NCBI RefSeq assembly: GCF_963921235.1
Contig: NC_086108.1
Coordinates: forward strand, 39,558,001 to 39,622,000
DNA length: 64,000 nucleotides
DNA from: Mobula hypostoma
Lineage: Eukaryota
Reading direction: 5' to 3'
The notes under the pieces are model-generated. The model had not been told where the DNA came from, ran no database searches, and saw nothing but the letters and a program-made list of their open reading frames with translations. Each line of letters opens with the position of its first letter. Position 1 is the first letter of the stretch. A program made the position numbers and the translations under genes. Shown piece by piece: positions 52,450 through 64,000 of the stretch.

Positions 52450-55115
52450 ACACAATGTTAACTCCAGCATAGTATTTAAGCGCCACAGCTCTGAACTCAG
52501 GCATGGAGCTTAACTCTGGACGGGAGTCCAGGTGTGACGGGGTAGCTAACTCTGGCACAGTGTACATTTCTGGAAAGTGTTTAACCTTGACACAGCACTC
52601 AAACAACTCAGTGTTTAAATGTGTTTTCTGCTTAACTCTGGCATGTCAATAACCGGTGACGTATTGTTCAAAGCTGGCCCAGTGCTTATTTCAGGCACGT
52701 TATTTAACTCTGGCACAGTGTTAACACTCCCAAGGTGCTTAGCTCTGGCACGGCCTTTAACTCTGGCATAGTATCCATTTCCACATGTCTGCCACTGTTT
52801 ATATTTCTGGCAAACTGTTCATATCTCTGGCATGGTAATTATTTCCATACATCCCTGGCATGAAGCATACTTCTGCAGCAGTATCTCTACATCTTAAAGC
52901 CTGCTGTATGTCGTGAGTACAGTGTTTAACCCCAACATTTCCTCCAACTCTGTATGGGATGGGTGAACCTTGGCATGGGATATAACACTAGCAAATAACT
53001 AACTCTTGCATACTGTATGACACTGTCGTGGTGATTCACCATGGAGTGCTGGTTAAGTCCCAGTTGGTACTCAACTCCAGCAAGGTGTATACATTAGCAA
53101 AGTGTCTAACTCTAACCTTTGAATTTACTTCAACTATGACAGCATCTCTGACTCCAGAAAGGTGTTTAAACTTGACTTGTTGCTGAACGCTGGCATGTTA
53201 TTTAATTTGAGATGGTGTACATCTTGTTCTAGGTGTTTGGCTTTGGCTTTGGCTGTGTGCTTAGTCCTCTCGCATGGTGTTTGACTGCTGCATGGTGTTT
53301 GACTGTTATGCTATTTAACTCTGCTTTGGCATGGTGTTTGGCTCCTGGTGTTATAACAGTGACATGGAGTTGAATTCTGATATGTTAAGACATATAGACA
53401 TGGTGTTTACCTTTGGCATGGCATTCACCACTGGCATGATGTCTACCTCCATATCTTTGGCAAACTGTTTATGTCTCCAATGGTATTTATTACTGACATG
53501 CTGTACAACTTTGATGTAATACTAGTAAACACAGTTTTTACTCTGGCATATTTGTAATACCATCATGGTGTTTAACTGTGGCAAGTTTTAATTATGGCAC
53601 CATCTTTCACTCTGGCTTGTTCCTGAATTCTGACATGTTGTTTAGTCCTCAGGTAGTGTACGTTTCTTGCAAAGTGTTGAACTTCAGTCTGGTGCTTAAC
53701 TCTGACACAGTGCTCATCTCTGGTCGGGTGTTTATTCCTAGAAAGGTATTGCGTGCTCGTGCAAAGAGTAGCTCTGATACCGAGTGTAACTTTGGGCTGG
53801 TTTTTAGCTCTGGGATATGACAGACCAAGAAGTGTTCAGCTTTGGAGTGCAGCATCACTCCAACACAACTTTAACTCTACCTTGCTGAATTGTGGTATGA
53901 TATTTAATTGTGGCATATTGTATATATCCACTATGGTGCTGCTCGGGGAACAACTCTGGCATGCAGTTTACCTCTGGACAGGGGCATCACCTTGGCACAG
54001 TGTTTAATTCTAGCAAATGTTAATTGGGCACAGTGTGTCATTCTGGCAGAGTGCTTGTTTTCAGGCACAGGGTTCAACTCTGGCCTGACACATTGCTCTA
54101 TTGCAGTATTGACTTCTGGAATAGTGAGTGGATGCCTTCTCCAAGGTGGAGCCTGGCTTTCACACTTTATATCTCAGGCATGATGTTTCATTCCGGCATG
54201 GTGTCAAAAGTCTGGAAAGCTTTTAACTCAAACATTCTGTTTAGCTTCAGATTGGTGCTTGATTTTGGCAACACCATATAGAACATAACTATCTGCACTT
54301 CAGTAAAGATTTTGTGTTAAAATCAGTGTTCAAAATAAATTTTATTATCAAAGTACAAATACATCACCATATACAACCCTGAGATTAACTTCCTTGTGGG
54401 CATATTCAACAAATATATAGAATAATGACTATAATACAATCAATGAAAGAGCACCCAGTTAGGGCACCCAATCAGTGTACAGAAGATATCAAACTGTGCA
54501 AATGCAAATATAAATAATGAGAACCTGAGGTGAAGAGTTCTTGAAAGTGAATCCATTGGTTGTGGGAAAACATATCATCAATGCGGCATCATTGAACTGA
54601 GTATGGGTTTCCTCTGTCTTAACTTTAAAGTATGGTGGGTGTTTAACTCTAACCCCGTGATCAGTTCTGGATTGCTGTTTAACACTGGTACCATTTTTAC
54701 CAAGCGTGCTGCTAAATTCTGTTTAATTTACCCTAGTGTTTACCATGCTTACTGCAGTTAACTCTCCTGGTGTTTAAACCAGGGGTGTCTAATTATAATG
54801 ATGATTATCTGTCACCGTGTTTAACGTTGTCACACTTTTTAATTCTGTTATGGTACTTAACAGTGGTGTGGTATTTTACTCTGACACAGTGCTTATCTCT
54901 AGCCTGCTGTGTATATATCTGTCATGATGTTTAACTCTGGTGTGTCATTTAACATTGGCATGTGATTTTAATCTGTCATAGTGCTTAACTCTGACAGTGT
55001 TTTAACTCTGTCACAGTATTTAACATTGGCAGGATGTATATCTCTGGCTGTGTTCCCAACTCCTAGTTCTGTTTATATTGGCACACTATTTAACTTTGGC
55101 GTGGGGTTGAACTGA
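52450..55115. repeat. Degenerate 18-bp tandem array, consensus ~GTGTTTAACTCTGGCACA
   Basis: Recurrent units at 18-bp spacing, e.g. tttaactctggcacagtg 52703-52720, gtgcttagctctggcacg/gcctttaactctggcata ~52735-52770 and gtgcttaactctgaca ~54981. Interrupted by a retroelement tail at ~54325-54575. Confidence 0.85.
54325..54575 (-). mobile_element. Rex1/Babar-like 3' UTR fragment inserted in the 18-bp array
   Basis: ttcaaaataaattttattatcaaagtac...atacaaccctgagatt...gagttcttgaaagtgaatccat matches 28088-28330. Confidence 0.7.
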
Positions 55116-55239
55116 TATGGTGATAAACTTTTGGAGCTGTCTTTAAGTCTGGGGTCTTGCACCACACCTATTTGTTTATACTTGACATTATACATCATCC
55201 AATATGCTGTAATTCTGAGAGTTTTCCATCCTATCCAGA

Positions 55240-55975
55240 TGCATTGGAGCTTGGTACCACAACTGCTGTGCAAAGAATTGCAGAATTGTGACTGCTGCCC
55301 AGTCCATCATGTGAACCAACCTCCTTCCACTGACTCTGTTGACATTCTGAGATGTTTCCCACACCAATAATTTCACTTTAGGGACTCTTTATCACATTAT
55401 GTCATGTTCTCATTATTTATTGCTATTTATTAATATTTGCATTTGCACAGTTTGTTGTCTCCTGCACTTTGGATGATCTTTCAATGATTCTGTTATAGTT
55501 ACTATTCTATGGAATTGCTGAGTACGCGCACAGGAAAATGAATCTTGGTTGTATATGGTGACATATAAGGACTTTGAAAATAACATTTACTTTCAACTTT
55601 GACTTTCCACTGCCTCAGGAAAGCAGCCAACATAAAGGAGGATTCCACCCGCCCCAATCATTCTCTCTTCCGATCAGGCAGAAGATACAAAAGTCTGAAA
55701 GCATGTATCACTAGTCTCAAGAACAGCTTCTATCCTGCTGCTACCAGACACTTGAACGGACACTAAAAGATGAACTCTTGATCTCCCAATTTACCTTGTG
55801 AGGGCCATGCACTTTATTTGTCTGCCTGCACTGCACTTTCTCTGTAACAGGAATACTACTACATTCAGCATTCTGTTTTTTATTCTATAGCTCAATGAAA
55901 TAATGTATGGCTTGATCAATTTGCATGGTTCTCAAAACACAGGTTCTCTGTTCACTTGACAAAGACAAACCAATA
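55240..55975 (+). mobile_element. Rex1/Babar-like 3' fragments (one tail nested in another)
   Basis: Decayed AWY.NC...KELQ and GRRYKSLKA motifs, with an internal tail ending ctttcaactttga at ~55605. Confidence 0.6.
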
Positions 55976-56257
55976 TCAATAGCATTCTATGCTGTATTAA
56001 CAGTCTGTAATAGAGCAATAAGCTTAGGAGTCTTGGCCACCTAGGTGGAGTTTCATGGTACTAAGAGCATTAAAGTGACCAGGAATGGAAAAGAATCCTT
56101 TTCACTCTGGGAGTGTGCGATGATGCAGAACAGGTTCTGTATTCCGGGGTTTAGGAAGCTGTTCATCTTGCTGCAAGGATTGGATGCTGAAGGAGAACTT
56201 GAAATGGAAGGGGGTAGAGCCAGTTTTGTGCTTCTTGTAGGAACAAAAGGCACTGGT

Positions 56258-57560
56258 AGAACATAAGAAATACAGGCAGGAGTAGGCTATGCAGTCCTTT
56301 AAGTCTGCTCCTCCATTTAAAATTATACCACAGTCCCATCTTCCAAGAATGCCTTTACATCCCTTGATTTCCTTCAGCGATGTGAATGAATATAGTGACC
56401 AAGCCTGTACAGTCTAAGGGAAGTGAATTCCAGGGAAGCAAACCTCTCATCGCATTCCCGAATGGTCTGTCCCATTCTCTGAAACTGTGTCTGCTGGTCC
56501 TGGACTCCTACACCAGCAGAAATTTTTTTCCTGAATCTGGTCTACAGAGCTCTTTAAAGAATTTTGTTCATTTCAATGAGACCTCCTCTCATTTTATTGA
56601 ATATAATTCCAACCTGCTCATGTGGAATCTTATCTTGAGAGCCATCCTGTTGAATCTTCACTGCACTTCCTTCATGGCATGCGCATCCTTTCAAGGGTAA
56701 GGAGACTAAAATTATACATAATAATCCACCAAACACCCTGTATTCAAGCCTCCTTCCAATAAACGCTAACATACTGTTCGCAGTTTTAGTTACTTGCTGG
56801 CCTTCAGTGATTTGATGGTCTTATCTCATTCCAAAAGGGCCTACCCCATACTCTGATGCCATAAAACCATAAGACATAGGAGCAGAATTCAGCCACCTGG
56901 CCCATCGAATCTGCTCCACCATTCAATCATGGCTGATACTTTTTTCTCCTCCTCAACCCCAGTTCCCGGCCTTCTCCCTGTAACCTTTGATGCCATATCC
57001 AGTCAAGAACCTATCAATCTCTGCCTTAAATACACAAAAATGACCTGGCCTCCACAGCTGCATGTGGCAACAAATTCCAGAAATTCACAACCCTTTGGCT
57101 AAAGAAATTTCTCCGCATCTCTGTTTTGAAAGGGAGCCCCTCTATCCTTAGGCCGTGCCCTCTTGTCCTAGACTCTCCCACCATGGAATTCATCCTTTCT
57201 ACATCTACTCTGTCTAAACTGTATCACCTGGTCCCAGAATAGACCACAGAAAACATCTTATAGTCATATGGAATTGTGTACACACACTTGTTGGTGTCTT
57301 TGAAAATCAACATTTCCGAATCTCTCACCATTTAACAAATGCTGTCGCTTTCTATGATGTTTTATTCCATCTGCCCTGTTCCAGCCCACACATTCAGCAT
57401 GTCTATGATATCTTCAAGATTCTCCTCTTCCATACTCAAAACCCCAACAAGAAACCTGATAATAAGACATTTGGTCCTGTCAGCTAAACCATTGGGATAG
57501 ATTGAGAAAAGTTGGAACACAAGCACTGATTTCTGCATTGCATTACCAGTCACAGTTTGC
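56258..57560 (-). mobile_element. Cluster of CR1 fragments (56258-56800, 56865-57220, 57300-57560)
   Basis: Antisense LAFI.R.LEY and MRGGLIE motifs, plus CR1 3' ends (agaacataagaa; aaaccataagacatagg). Confidence 0.75.
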
Positions 57561-57965
57561 CTATTAGCACGTGGCACTGGAAGTAATGTTAAGATTGCTA
57601 CCCTTTTTAAACTATAATAGTAGAGTTCTATTGAAAGTTTTTGAGGAGGGAATAAAATTAAAACACAGAAATGCAAGGAAAATAATGTCAGGCTGTTATC
57701 TGAGGTATCAGCTTATCAGCTTGCATTTGGTTGGTTATTGGTCTATACACAAGGCTGTGAGTGAGAGATACGTGGTGCAATTATTGGAATGTTGGCACCA
57801 GGGAGCGGTGAATGTTCTGCTTTCACTTAAATCAGTCGGGATCCAGCATGCTGGTAAGTTTTAAATTACTAGAGCTTTGGTTAAGGATGGAGTAGGAGGA
57901 GGAAGTGGTTGGGTTGTAGGCAAGTTGTTGAGTGTGTAAGGATCAGGGGAAGACAGCAAGGTTAC

Positions 57966-58533
57966 TGTTATGTGTTGTACCACCAAAAGCTAATTGAATG
58001 AAAAACACGGGCTCAGGATAACTTGTCAACTTAATTTTACCTTCATGAGGCATGCATATATGACGTGGTGACGCAGTGACGTATGCCATTCACATACTTC
58101 TTACATGTGACTCATAATGAATTATGTTTATAGGTATCCATTAGTCTCGTGAGACCATGGATTTGCGCCTTGGAAGAGTGCAGGCCTGGGCAAGGTTGTA
58201 TAGAAGACCGGCAGTTGCCCGTGCTGCAAGTCTCCCCTCTCCATGCCACTGATGTTGTCCAAGGGAAGGACACTAGGGCTGATACAGCTTGGCACCAGTG
58301 TCGTCGCAGAGCAATGTGTGGTTAAGTGCCTTGCTTGAGGACACAACACGTTCCCTCGGCTGGGGCTCAAACTAGCGACCTTCAGGTCACTAGACCAACG
58401 CCTTAACCACTTGGCCACACGCCAACACATAATTGATTATGTAAACAAACAAAGAATGCTTAATCAAACAATACATTTACAATATTCCTCAAATATTACT
58501 GAAATATTAAATACCCTACACTCCTCCCTGCTT
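57966..58533 (-). mobile_element. Probable 3' LTR (57966-58520) and polypurine tract of the Gypsy element
   Basis: Bounded by TGT...ACA; directly adjacent ctcctccctgctt reads AAGCAGGGAGGAG on the minus strand, just 3' of integrase. Confidence 0.6.
58128..58428 (-). mobile_element. tRNA-derived SINE inserted in the LTR
   Basis: Minus strand: A box TGGCCAAGTGG, B box GTTTGAGCC, then gtgtcctcaagcaaggcacttaacc; imperfect duplication cataatgaattatgt / cataattgattatgt. Confidence 0.8.
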
Positions 58534-61010
58534 AACTATAACCTCCAGCTCAACACAGAATGCATCTCTATTTAAATATGTAACTTATTGTTCTCAGTCA
58601 TTTTATATACACTGTATACAACTACTATAGAAATCCACAGTGTAGCAAATTTTAAACTGCCCCATTCAACCTTAAAGATTTAGTCAATGTGGAGGATTTC
58701 ATATTTTAGAGGGATAATGTTTGGGGTGATGTCACTCTGCTTGGCAGCTGAGACTTGTGGCTGTGAAACAGTCTCAGGTTCTGGGGCCACTTCTGAGGAG
58801 TTGGCTCAGGGGCTGCAGGAGGTCATTCTGACAACTCTGGCATCTTTCTTCTCTAACAATTTGACCCTGCGGTCTTCAACTGATTGATGTCTTGTTTCCA
58901 GATGACCCCAGGTACAATCTCCACTGTGTGGGAGAGTGGTCCAGTTCTGTCTTTAATCTTTCCAAGTACCCAGCTTTGTTCAGGGTCTCGGCCCGAAACG
59001 TCGACTGTACCTCTTCCTATAGATGCTACCTGGCCTGCTGCGTTCACCAGCATTTTTTGTGTGTGTTGCTTGAATTTCCAGCATCTGCAGATTTCCTTGT
59101 GTTTGCGTTGTTCACCTATGCAGTTCCTCACCAGGACTGCTTGGTCAGGACTGAAACTCCGAATCTCCTTGTCTGAGGAGCCCTCAATTTGTCTCAGCTG
59201 TTTGTCCTGTATACTCTTTCTGAGGTTGGATTTGAGGAGATCCCAGCGTGAGCGCAAGGGATGATCCAAGAACAGTATAGTTGGTGAGTTGGTGTGGAGT
59301 GTGCTGATATGCAAGGAGGAAATTGGTGAGCTTCTGTTTCAGTGTCAGTGTAATGTATTTTTCTGGTATTGGTTGCACTGCAATCTTTAGACCCCGGACA
59401 AACCTTTCTATTGAGCCATTTGTAGCTGGCTGGTATGGTGCAGATGTATTATGTCTCATTGCATTCATTTTCAGCAGTGACTGAAACTGTTCTGCAACAG
59501 ACTGTGGTCCATTGTCACTGATTAGGTGTAATGGAACACTAGTCCTTGAGAAGTGACTTCTTACCAGTGCACGAGGCTGTAGTGGAGACTATTTGGAACA
59601 CTTCTCGCCACTTTGTAGCTGCATCGCTACTATGAAGAAATTTGTGCCCGTGAATGGTCCAGCAAAATCCACATGAATCCTTTGCCAGGTCAATGCAGGC
59701 CATTCCCAGGGATGGCGAGGCACTGCTGGATATTTGTGCTTCCCGAACAGTGCATGGCAAGCTGCTTGATCTGCTGATCTATCCCAGGCCATCAGACAAA
59801 GCTTCGAGCCAATGCTTTAATTTTGACCACGCCTAGTTGACCCTCATGTAGCTCCTCCAACACTTTAGCTGTCAGCTTGGAAGATACGACAACCATCAAT
59901 ACCCAGATAATGTAACCCTGTCAAGGGCAAGTTCATCCTGGTGCAGGTCTAACAGGGGGAACTGGAATTTCTGCTGCACATTCCATCCATTTCGAGTGGC
60001 CAAGTAGACCTGAGACAGTGTGGGGTCTTTTCTGGTTTCCCTTTGGATCATCTCTGCCGTAATAGGGAGACTTTCAATTTGCATTAGGGAGAATACGTTA
60101 AAAGGGGTATCCTCTTTTGTAAATTTCCAAGGGTAAATCAGCATTTCTGTGATTAGTTGTCCCCTTGAATTCAATCTTGTAATTGTGCCCTCCAAGAACA
60201 GAGCCCATGTCTGCCTTTGTGCCACTGATGAGAGTGGAACACCCGCTGTGGATTGAAAATGAAACACTAGCTGTTGATGATCAGTACTGAGTGTAAACTC
60301 TGTCCCATACAGGTAGTGGTAGAAACATTTTAAACCCCAAACCAGACTCAAGGTCTCCCTGTCAATTTTCCATGCGGCGGCAAGGGAACATGATGCAAAG
60401 TCACTTCCATCCCTCATATCATGTGACATGACTGCACCTATACCATAACACAAGGTGTCACAGGCAAGCTTCACTGGATGATGTGGATTGCAATGAGTAA
60501 TTACAGTGTCTAACCTCACCATTTCTTTTGTCTTTTTAAACCCACATCACACTGCTTTGTCCATTGCTATTTCTTCCCGATCTGTAGTAATGAGTTCAAG
60601 GGGTGGAGCGCAGTAGCTAGGTTTGGCTGGAATCTCTTATAGTAATTGACAAAACCTAAAAAGGACCACAACTGTGTCATATCCCCTGCTTCTTGAATTT
60701 TCTCCATACATTTATGTAAAGCTTATGCATCAATGGTGTAACCACAGTAAGTGATGCTTGTTTTAAAGAATTCACACTTGTTGTATTGTGCTCTGAATCC
60801 ATAATCTTCTAATCTTTTTAACACTGTGTTGAGGTTTTGGAGATGTTCCTTGTCATCCTCACCAGTAACAATGATGTCATCCAGGTAACACTGAGTGCTG
60901 GGCAGCCCTGCAGCAACTGGTCCATAACTTTCCGCCAGATTGTAGGTGCAGGCGTTACTCCAAAAATAAGCCTATGATAGTGAGTGTTCATGGTGAGCAA
61001 CGCTTTAGAT
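58534..61010 (-). mobile_element. Gypsy LTR retrotransposon relic, copy 1 (RT-RNaseH-integrase, frameshifted)
   Basis: Motifs VKLACD...YGIGAVMSH, FTLSTDH, HPWEWP..WQRIHVDFAGPF and SAPYQPATNG..ERFV in RT>RH>IN order. Confidence 0.9.
58983..59107 (+). mobile_element. Penelope-like tail inserted in the Gypsy integrase
   Basis: gggtctcggcccgaaacgtcgactg...ccagcatctgcagatttcc, flanked by the duplication TTGTTCA; removing it rejoins IGEQ|SWVLGKI. Confidence 0.8.
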
Positions 61011-61479
61011 TGAAAATACAGTGTTGGCAGTCCTAGAGTGATTACAACATAGAACAGTGCAGCCCAGCACAGCCCCTTCAGGCCACAATACCTGCACCGA
61101 ACATAATGCTGTATTAATGTCAATCTCTTCTGCCTGTACGTGATCCATATCACTCACTTACATATCAGACAGCCACTTAACTGTCACTGTTGTTTCTGTA
61201 GTTTTGTAACCTGAGTGCAGTAAAGTATAAATTAACAAACAATGTCCAAAAATAAAGTAATCAGTTAATGAGTGCAGAAATGCCTACAGCCCAAAACAAA
61301 GCTATATAGTAGTCAATCACGTAAAACAGTCTTTTAACTTTTAGAAGCATTCCAGATCAAGACAGATCGCTTCCTTTGCCATGAGTCATCTGAAGAAACA
61401 CATCGCTCTTAAAAAAAAGCCATTAACACTTTAGAATCTCACCTCCAAGTTGGTGTAATTATAATTAAAGCCTGGTATT

Positions 61480-63300
61480 GTCAGTGTCAGTGTAATGTAT
61501 TTTTCTGGTATTGATTACAGTTCATTCTTTAGACCCCGGACAAACCTTTCCATCAAGCCATTTGTAGCTGGCCGGTATGGTGCAGATGTATTATGTCTCA
61601 TTGCATTCATTTTCAGGAATGACTGAAACTGTTCTGCAATAGACTGTGGTCCATTGTCACTGACTAGGTGTTATGGATCACCAGTCCTTGAGAAGAGACT
61701 TCTCAACCGTGTGGGAGGCTATTGGGAACATTCTGGCCACTTTGTAGCTGCATCCACTACTATGAAGAAATTTGTGTTCATGAATGGTCTGGCAAAATCC
61801 ATATGAATCCTCTGACAGGTCAATGCAGGCCATTCCCAGGGATGGCGAGGCGTTGCTGGACGTTTGTGCTTCCCGAACAGTGCATGGCAAGCTGCTTGAC
61901 CTGCTGATCCATCCCAGGCCATCAGACAAAGCTTCGAGCCAATGCTTTAATTTAGACCACGCCTAGGTGACCCTCATGTAGCTCCTCCAACACTTTAGCT
62001 GTCAGCTTGGAAGATACTCTCAATACCCACATAACGTAACCCTGTCAAGGGCAAGTTCATCCTGGTGCAGGTATAACAGGGGGAACTGGAATTTCTGCTG
62101 CACATTCCAGGTATTTTGGGTGACCATATAGACCTGTGACAGTGTGGGGACTTTGGTTTCCCTATGGATCATCTCTGCCATAATAAGGAGACTTTCAATT
62201 TGCATTAGGCAGAATATGTCAAGAGGAGTGTCTTCTTTTGTAAATTTTTCAGGTATTTCCTTTTCCAGAGCAAATGGGACAATCCATTGCATTTCTGTGA
62301 TTAGTTGTCCCCTTGAATTCAATCTTGTAATTGTGCCCTCCAAGAACAGAACCCATGTCTGCCTTTGTGCCACTGATGAGAGTGGAACACCCGCTGTGGA
62401 TTGAAAATGAAACACTAGCTGTTGATGATCAGTACTGAGTGTAAACTCTGTCCCATACAGGTAGTGGTAGAAACATTTTAAACCCCAAACCAGACTCAAG
62501 GTCTCCCTGTCAATTTTCCATGCGGCGGCAAGGGAACATGATGCAAAGTCACTTCCATCCCTCATATCATGTGACATGACTGCACCTATACCATAACACA
62601 AGGTGTCACAGGCAAGCTTCACTGGATGATGTGGATTGCAATGAGTAATTACAGTGTCTAACCTCACCATTTCTTTTGTCTTTTTAAACCCACATCACAC
62701 TGCTTTGTCCATTGCTATTTCTTCCCGATCTGTAGTAATGAGTTCAAGGGGTGGAGCGCAGTAGCTAGGTTTGGCAGGAATCTCTTATAGTAATTGACAA
62801 AACCTAAAAAGGACCACAACTGTGTCACGTCCTTTCGCCTTGGGAGCATCCCCTGCTTCTTGAATTTTCTCCGCACATTTACACATCAATAGTGTGACCA
62901 CAGTTAAGTGATGCTTGTTTTAAAGAATTCACACTTGTTGCGCGTGCTCTGAACCCATACCTTGTAATTTTTTTAATACTGTCTTGAGATTTTGGAGATG
63001 TTCCTTGACACCCTCAATGGTAACAATGATGTCATCCAGGTAACACTGAGTGCTGGGCAGCCTAACAGCACCTGGTCCATAGCTTTCTGCCAGAGATGCT
63101 ACTTCAAAAATAAGCTTATTAAAGCCCTTTATGGTGAGAAACACTTTGGATTCTTCTCCCATCTCCATCTGCAGTAGGCCTGGCATTGCCCATGGGCTCC
63201 ATTCAAGTTTGGGATGAATTCCTTCAGCCTCCCTGCGATCTAGCTCACCGGCTACTTTATCACAGATGGTATAAGAGACTGGACAGGCCTTGTAAAACTT
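61480..63300 (-). mobile_element. Gypsy LTR retrotransposon relic, copy 2
   Basis: YLDDIIVT RT motif in ORF 62929-63186; RNaseH and integrase pieces paralogous to copy 1. Confidence 0.9.
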
Positions 63301-63419
63301 TGTTCTGATGACTGTTTATTAAATCTTCCAGTATATTTGACATTTAGGTAGGGCAGACGAAGCGCAAAAGAAGTTACATAGTCCTTGTGATAAAGATTTC
63401 AACCCAAAAAGAGTAAAGG

Positions 63420-63675
63420 CTTCAGAGTCTGCAGATGTTGGAGTCTGGAGCAACAAACAATCTGCTGGAGTAACTCAGCAGGTCATGCAGAGGTCTGTTG
63501 GGGAAATGAATGATTGACATTTGCAGTCCAAGTTATATTTGCATTTATATAAAACATATTATTAAATAAATTATTATATTTACAGAAGCATTGCCTCCAC
63601 ACCCCGCTCCCACACACACACAGAAGCTGCTTGACCAGTTGAGCTCCTCCAGCAAATATCTTTTGTTGCTCCACA
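63420..63675. mobile_element. Foldback pair of degenerate Penelope-like tails
   Basis: ggagcaacaaacaatctgctggagtaactcagcaggtca versus tgaccagttgagctcctccagcaaatatcttttgttgctcc. Confidence 0.6.
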
Positions 63676-64000
63676 ATACATAGACTGAATCAATATGGAT
63701 GGCAGTAAGAGATGACAACTAATGTAAGACCCTGTTTGCAGTGGTTTCCAGGCCCCTGAAGAGCAGCCATAGTATTAGAGAGAATCAATCAAGCCTGTGG
63801 CAGAAGATAATACAATAATTATGTGATACTTTAATCTTCCTCTTCTTGCTCACTATTTGGAAGTAACTAAAAGTAGTTAGTAGATTGCACTTGTAACAGT
63901 TTTCTGCAAAAGTAAGTCCTGGAGATATCTCGGGAGCAGGTTATCTTAAAGGCTGCCTTCTGTGATGAGGCAGGCTTCATTAATCTCAGTGTAATTGATT

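Noticed and set aside
52450..55115. CRISPR array or intact repeat-protein gene
   Set aside because: The context is eukaryotic, units are contiguous with no unique spacers, and every frame is broken by stops or frameshifts.
58340..58428. tRNA gene on the minus strand
   Set aside because: The A/B boxes belong to a SINE head that continues into SINE body and tail and is flanked by a target duplication.
59896..62670. Pair of ~210-aa ORFs as a duplicated or domesticated gene
   Set aside because: These are frameshifted Gypsy RNaseH-region fragments with degraded motifs and no intact pol.

Overview
Vertebrate genomic DNA, most likely a cartilaginous fish (ray-like; inferred from the repeat families and the divergence of the protein). 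The window holds one clear protein-coding gene, the LIM-homeobox gene lhx9 on the + strand. Its five coding exons (39549-39722, 40477-40679, 41714-42069, 44238-44440, 45549-45812) give 1200 nt, or 399 aa plus stop, with all phases consistent. An alternative last exon not in the ORF track (47726-47782, GEQILGHYSHTSRRLKIP*) would give the homeodomain-truncated Lhx9-alpha isoform. The gene lies in a ~23 kb domain (~29.4-52.4 kb) with no recognisable transposons and visibly retained CpG. That domain includes a candidate distal TATA promoter with a non-coding first exon (~31.4-31.66 kb) and a second promoter-like motif cluster (~51.8 kb), followed by a ~2.6 kb degenerate 18-bp tandem array. Both flanks are dense with decayed, often nested retroelements: Rex1/Babar-like, CR1, L2, L1-clade, R4/Dong-like, Penelope-like with hammerhead-like cores, SINEs, and two adjacent Gypsy relics with patchwork identity. 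Nearly all other ORFs in the track are transposon fragments or chance ORFs. Element family names come from motif recognition, not database searches.
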